Positions 6,898 to 10,999 of a DNA stretch of 10,999 nt are shown here, one piece after another (positions within the stretch are counted from its first letter, which is position 1; each line of letters opens with the position of its first letter). Position numbers and translations under genes: made by a program. This DNA comes from an archaeon (GTDB lineage Archaea > Asgardarchaeota > Thorarchaeia > Thorarchaeales > Thorarchaeaceae), in assembly GCA_024276825.1 (NCBI GenBank), contig JAJRWI010000032.1, forward strand, positions 1 through 10,999, read 5' to 3'. The notes below the pieces were generated by a model, which saw only the letters and a list, made by a program, of their open reading frames with translations, was not told the DNA's origin and did not search any database.

Positions 6898-8154
6898 TCA
6901 GTAAACACCTGCTGCAATGTCGCTTCTAAAGCGGACTCGACCATGAATCCTGCTAACATCAGAGTAGGCATTGGCTCTTGCATCTTTTACGGTATCGCCC
7001 ATTCCAAGAACTGCAATTGCCCTACTTCCAGTGGTGAATATCTGACCATTTGATTCATAGACTGATGCAAAATAGACCCTGCTATTCATCGCATCTTCAA
7101 TAGTGATAGGGGAGTCACGGATTGTGTCAGGACCAGGATATCCTTCAGGAACAACATAGACACAGACAGTCGCCTTTCTCTCGAATTCTACACGCTTCAG
7201 GTTGCCATCGATTATCTGCTGGCACACCTCGTCAAATGAAGTAGTCATGATAGATAACACATTCATTGCTTCAGGGTCTCCAAACCGGGCATTGAACTCT
7301 ATCACCTTAATCCCATCATCAGTCTTGATGAATTGACCATAGAGTACTCCCTTGTAATTGGTCCCATTCTCTTGTCCGAGTCTGTCAATTACTGACTGCA
7401 TGATCTTCCTGGCATGTGTGACATCAGTTTCAGAAAGATACCCAAGATCATGAGTTTCTCGCGAGTAGGAACCCATCGAGCCAGTATTTGGGCCCTCGTC
7501 ATTATCGTAGGCCCTCTTATAGTCACGGACCAATGGCAATAGTTCAATGTGTGATCCATCCACAAAACTCTGAAGTGTGAACTCGGTTCCTATTAGTTTC
7601 TCCTCGAGAATAACACTCTCATGGGTCTTTAGAAGTTTCTTGATATAATCCTCAACTTCAGATTTGCTGTGTAGATGCTCACCAAAGATCTTTACACCTT
7701 TTCCACCAGTAAGACCATCTGGCTTTACAACAATGCGATCAATTCCAACATCTGATACAAACCTGTTGAGTTCATCAACCGAGTCTATTATGGCATAAAG
7801 GGGATTTGCATTAGGAGCAGCTCTTGCAAGGATTTCACGAGCATAGGCCTTGCTGGTTTCAACACGTGCAAGAGACATTAAAGGAGCAACCACTGGAATT
7901 CCTTTCTTCTCAATGAAGTCAGATACACCGCTTGCAAGAGGAGCTTCAGGCCCAATGATAGCATAATCGAAATTATGTAAATCTGGGAGATCGGCGGGAT
8001 TGGTGATCTCTCCTATTGTGACTTGTTCCGATATTGATGCAATACCGGGATTGCTCATTTGCATGTGAGAGTGAATAGTCACACCGGATCTCACAAGAGA
8101 AGCAGCAATGGCATGTTCACGAGCACCATTTCCAATTAGCAGAGCACGAGTCAT
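6898..8154 (-). CDS. purD: Phosphoribosylamine--glycine ligase (GAR synthetase)
   Basis: [29 protein letters not shown] (archaeal-type), [19 protein letters not shown] and [14 protein letters not shown] overlap with the upstream gene at 8154-8151. Confidence 0.97.
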   Translation of the reverse strand: MTRALLIGNGAREHAIAASLVRSGVTIHSHMQMSNPGIASISEQVTIGEITNPADLPDLHNFDYAIIGPEAPLASGVSDFIEKKGIPVVAPLMSLARVETSKAYAREILARAAPNANPLYAIIDSVDELNRFVSDVGIDRIVVKPDGLTGGKGVKIFGEHLHSKSEVEDYIKKLLKTHESVILEEKLIGTEFTLQSFVDGSHIELLPLVRDYKRAYDNDEGPNTGSMGSYSRETHDLGYLSETDVTHARKIMQSVIDRLGQENGTNYKGVLYGQFIKTDDGIKVIEFNARFGDPEAMNVLSIMTTSFDEVCQQIIDGNLKRVEFERKATVCVYVVPEGYPGPDTIRDSPITIEDAMNSRVYFASVYESNGQIFTTGSRAIAVLGMGDTVKDARANAYSDVSRIHGRVRFRSDIAAGVY

Positions 8155-9596
8155 TCAAAGACCACCTTGTAAGGGTCGATAGACACTCGACTTCTATCAC
8201 TGCTCTCGACCTTGCCAAGCTCATAGACCTCATCGATATGTGACAGAATCTCAATCGCTCTGTTCTTGTCATCTGGACTCAAGATAATGACTATCCCTAT
8301 TCCCATGTTGAAAGTCGAGAACATTTCCAAATCAGAGATGGATCCAGTGTCCTGAATGAGAGTGAATATCCTTGGGGGTTCTGGAAATCTCTCAATAATG
8401 AACCCATGATCTCCAAGTCGTAGGATTTTCTTGAAGCCTGACCCTGTGATATGTGCAATGCCATTTATCGAAATATTGGCATTCTTCAATGCTTTGAAAT
8501 GTCCCACATATATTCGAGTAGGTCTAAGAAGTTCATCGCTGAGCTTCTCGCCCCAAGGTAAGACATCATCCAGCTTGAAAGGACCAAGCAGGACTTTTCT
8601 GACAAGAGTGAACCCATTTGAATGAAGCCCATTTGAAGCGATTCCTAGAATAATATCGCCGGGTTGAATCTGACTGCCATCAATCAACTCGTCTGGTCTA
8701 GCCACACCAACCGCGGTTCCTGCAAGATCAAGGCCTGTATTTCTCATGCCCTTGATAATGTCAGGTAGGACTGCTGTTTCGCCGCCAAGAATGGGGATCC
8801 CCGCTTGCTGACATCCATTAAGGAGACCCCGACCAATTTCATTCATCACATCTTCCGCCAATGGCTTTTGAACAGCAAGATAGTCAACAAAGCCCACAGG
8901 GGTGACCCCAATACTGATGAGATCATTCACATTCATAGCCACACAGTCAATTCCAATTGTGTCGAACTTATGAGCCATCTCAGCAATCAAAACTTTACTT
9001 CCCACACCGTCAGTGGACAGGGCAATGCATGTGTTCTCATCTATCATCACTGCATTAGCATAATGTCCGAAGTCTTGCATTACTTCGTGCCCAGCAAAGG
9101 ATTCCTTGACATACCTTCCAAGGACCTTCAGACCTCTCATAACAGCCTCTTCATCAACTCCTGCTTCAGCATAGGTCTTGGGAGGGGGTTCCATCTGACG
9201 TTCTTTAAGGTTAAGAATTCTGATTGCAAGATGAGCAGCGTTCTGGCCATTGTCAATTCCAACTGTTGCCACTGGAACGCCTTTTGGCATCTGAGCAATT
9301 GAGAGCAAAGCATCAAGGCCCCCAAGTGCTGCTGATACAGGAACACCAATGACTGGAAGTGATGTATGTGATGCAACGAATCCGGGCAGTGCAGCAGATA
9401 GCCCAGCAATGGCTATGATCACTTCAGCATCAGTTCCCTCGATTATTGATTGAACGCGTGCGGGTTCGCGATGAGCTGATGCAAATTCAAGGTCGTAAGA
9501 AACGCCAGCTCTATTGAGAACATCAGTCACCTTCTTGGCAATGTGTTCATCACTATTACTTCCGCAGATTATTAAGATTCTAGACAATTCACTCAC
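8151..9596 (-). CDS. purE-purM: PurE-PurM fusion: N-terminal AIR carboxylase/N5-CAIR mutase domain (aa ~1-130) plus AIR synthetase (aa ~140-481)
   Basis: PurE motifs [24 protein letters not shown] and [11 protein letters not shown]; linker [10 protein letters not shown]; PurM motifs [50 protein letters not shown] and FNMGIG. No stop between the domains. GTG start overlaps the purL TGA. Confidence 0.95.
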   Translation of the reverse strand: MSELSRILIICGSNSDEHIAKKVTDVLNRAGVSYDLEFASAHREPARVQSIIEGTDAEVIIAIAGLSAALPGFVASHTSLPVIGVPVSAALGGLDALLSIAQMPKGVPVATVGIDNGQNAAHLAIRILNLKERQMEPPPKTYAEAGVDEEAVMRGLKVLGRYVKESFAGHEVMQDFGHYANAVMIDENTCIALSTDGVGSKVLIAEMAHKFDTIGIDCVAMNVNDLISIGVTPVGFVDYLAVQKPLAEDVMNEIGRGLLNGCQQAGIPILGGETAVLPDIIKGMRNTGLDLAGTAVGVARPDELIDGSQIQPGDIILGIASNGLHSNGFTLVRKVLLGPFKLDDVLPWGEKLSDELLRPTRIYVGHFKALKNANISINGIAHITGSGFKKILRLGDHGFIIERFPEPPRIFTLIQDTGSISDLEMFSTFNMGIGIVIILSPDDKNRAIEILSHIDEVYELGKVESSDRSRVSIDPYKVVFE

Positions 9597-10999
9597 TCCA
9601 AATATTTCACTAGTCCCTTATTGAACAATTCTCTGGCATCCTTCAAAGAGATATTGAATGCACCGAAGTTGGCGACTTGATCATTAACAGTCAGTCCAAT
9701 CTCTTGAATAGGCACACCGTGTTTATTCATGATGTCAAACAGCTCATTCTGATTGCTCTCGGTGCCCTCGATAATATAACGTGCAGAGGTTTCAGAATAG
9801 AGGACTTGCCCCAGGCCTTTAGCAGTTCCTGGTATCTCAGCAAGATTGACCTTGAAGCCATAATCACTGCGCATGACCATCTTCATCAAGGCAATTGCAA
9901 TTCCACCGCGACCCACATTATTACATGCTCGAATTAGCCCATTTGCATGAGCTTCAAGGATTGCATTCATTGCGGCCAATTCTTGCTTTGGCTGGTATCG
10001 TGGTGGGAGTCCCGTCAACTTCTCATGAGCCAGACGTTGCAGTTCAGTACCATTAAGTTCAGGATGAGTTTCACCCACTATGAAGATGTTTCCAAAGGGC
10101 GTGCAAAGACTTCTTCTAACAGGCTTGACTCCATTCCTGAAAATTCCCGCTATCATTATTTGAGGTGTGGGATTGATCCTCTTTATTATACCATCAATCT
10201 CAGACTCATTATAGAGGGAAACATTTCCACCAATAATGGGAATATCAAAATCATGTGAGAAATTGCCCAGCCCACGAACGGCTTCAACATACTGTGAATA
10301 TGACTCAGGGCGTTCGGGATTTCCGAAGTTCAGACAGTCTGCAATGAATATGGGACGGGCACCCAATGAAACAATGTTTCGCAAGGCCTCACACGCAGAA
10401 TTGGCTGATCCTTGACGAGGATCTAGATAACACCAGAATGAGTTACAGTCTGATGCAAACGCTAGTAGTTTGTTTTTCGGAAACTCTAATACTCCTGCAT
10501 TTTCACCTATATCAACCACAGTGTTCGATTGTACATGTTGGTCATATTGACTGTATATCCATGAGCGGTCACAAATATTAATGGACTCAAGCATCTGTTT
10601 GAGAGTTTTCAGATGATCTGTGGGTTCTACATACCAATCAACTGAACTGGTACGACTAGGCAATACTCCCTCAATCCTGTTGGGAGATGGACAACCCTCA
10701 ACTAATAATTCTACGGGGATCTGCGCCTTAACCTCGCCCTTTTCAATTACAGTATATGTGCCATCATCAGTGACTTTTCCAATAACTGCATGGGGCACAT
10801 CATATTTGTCAAGAATGTCAATGATTGCTTCAAGGTTTTCGGGTGCCACAATTCCAAGCATTCGTTCCTGTGATTCTGAAATGATGATTTCTGACGAGTC
10901 CATGTCTGGCTCACGTAGCGGCACCTTGTCAACTTCAACCACAACACCAGTGCCGCCCTTGAATGCCATTTCCGCAGCCGCAGAAGTCAGACCACCGCC
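9593..10999 (-). CDS. purL: Phosphoribosylformylglycinamidine synthase subunit PurL (small, PurQ/PurS-dependent type); 5'-truncated
   Basis: The frame is open to the window end ([12 protein letters not shown]...). Motifs [32 protein letters not shown] and INPTP. No fused C-terminal glutaminase domain. Confidence 0.96.
   Translation of the reverse strand, partial: GGGLTSAAAEMAFKGGTGVVVEVDKVPLREPDMDSSEIIISESQERMLGIVAPENLEAIIDILDKYDVPHAVIGKVTDDGTYTVIEKGEVKAQIPVELLVEGCPSPNRIEGVLPSRTSSVDWYVEPTDHLKTLKQMLESINICDRSWIYSQYDQHVQSNTVVDIGENAGVLEFPKNKLLAFASDCNSFWCYLDPRQGSANSACEALRNIVSLGARPIFIADCLNFGNPERPESYSQYVEAVRGLGNFSHDFDIPIIGGNVSLYNESEIDGIIKRINPTPQIMIAGIFRNGVKPVRRSLCTPFGNIFIVGETHPELNGTELQRLAHEKLTGLPPRYQPKQELAAMNAILEAHANGLIRACNNVGRGGIAIALMKMVMRSDYGFKVNLAEIPGTAKGLGQVLYSETSARYIIEGTESNQNELFDIMNKHGVPIQEIGLTVNDQVANFGAFNISLKDARELFNKGLVKYLE

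Noticed and set aside
6888-6983. 32-aa N-terminal extension of GuaA in the ORF track
   Set aside because: It overlaps the purD 3' end; homology starts at MEKILVID (6887), which has an SD-like GAGGG.
8805-9302. 165-aa + strand ORF (also 8431-8625, 9137-9409, 9677-9937, 9947-10258, 10366-10581 and 10747-10947)
   Set aside because: Fully inside conserved pur genes on the opposite strand or in another frame; no motifs.

Overview
Archaeal-looking chromosomal window; an Asgard/Thorarchaeota origin is plausible but is inference only. The left end (1-~1620) is AT-richer and holds the 3' half of an SF2/SNF2-type helicase gene, probably the edge of an accessory or defence island. It is followed by a roughly 28% GC intergenic spacer with interleaved inverted repeats. 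The middle holds a 4-TM membrane protein, a stand-alone PRC-barrel protein followed by a perfect hairpin, a divergent amidohydrolase/SCP2-like gene pair and an AcuC/HDAC-family deacetylase. The right half is a minus-strand purine operon: purL (5'-truncated), an in-frame purE-purM fusion, purD and a single-chain guaA. The most notable feature is the PurE-PurM fusion. Its PurE half lacks the class I 70s-loop His, which suggests a bifunctional AIR synthetase/AIR carboxylase joining two consecutive steps without PurK. No rRNA, tRNA, CRISPR array or transposase was recognised.
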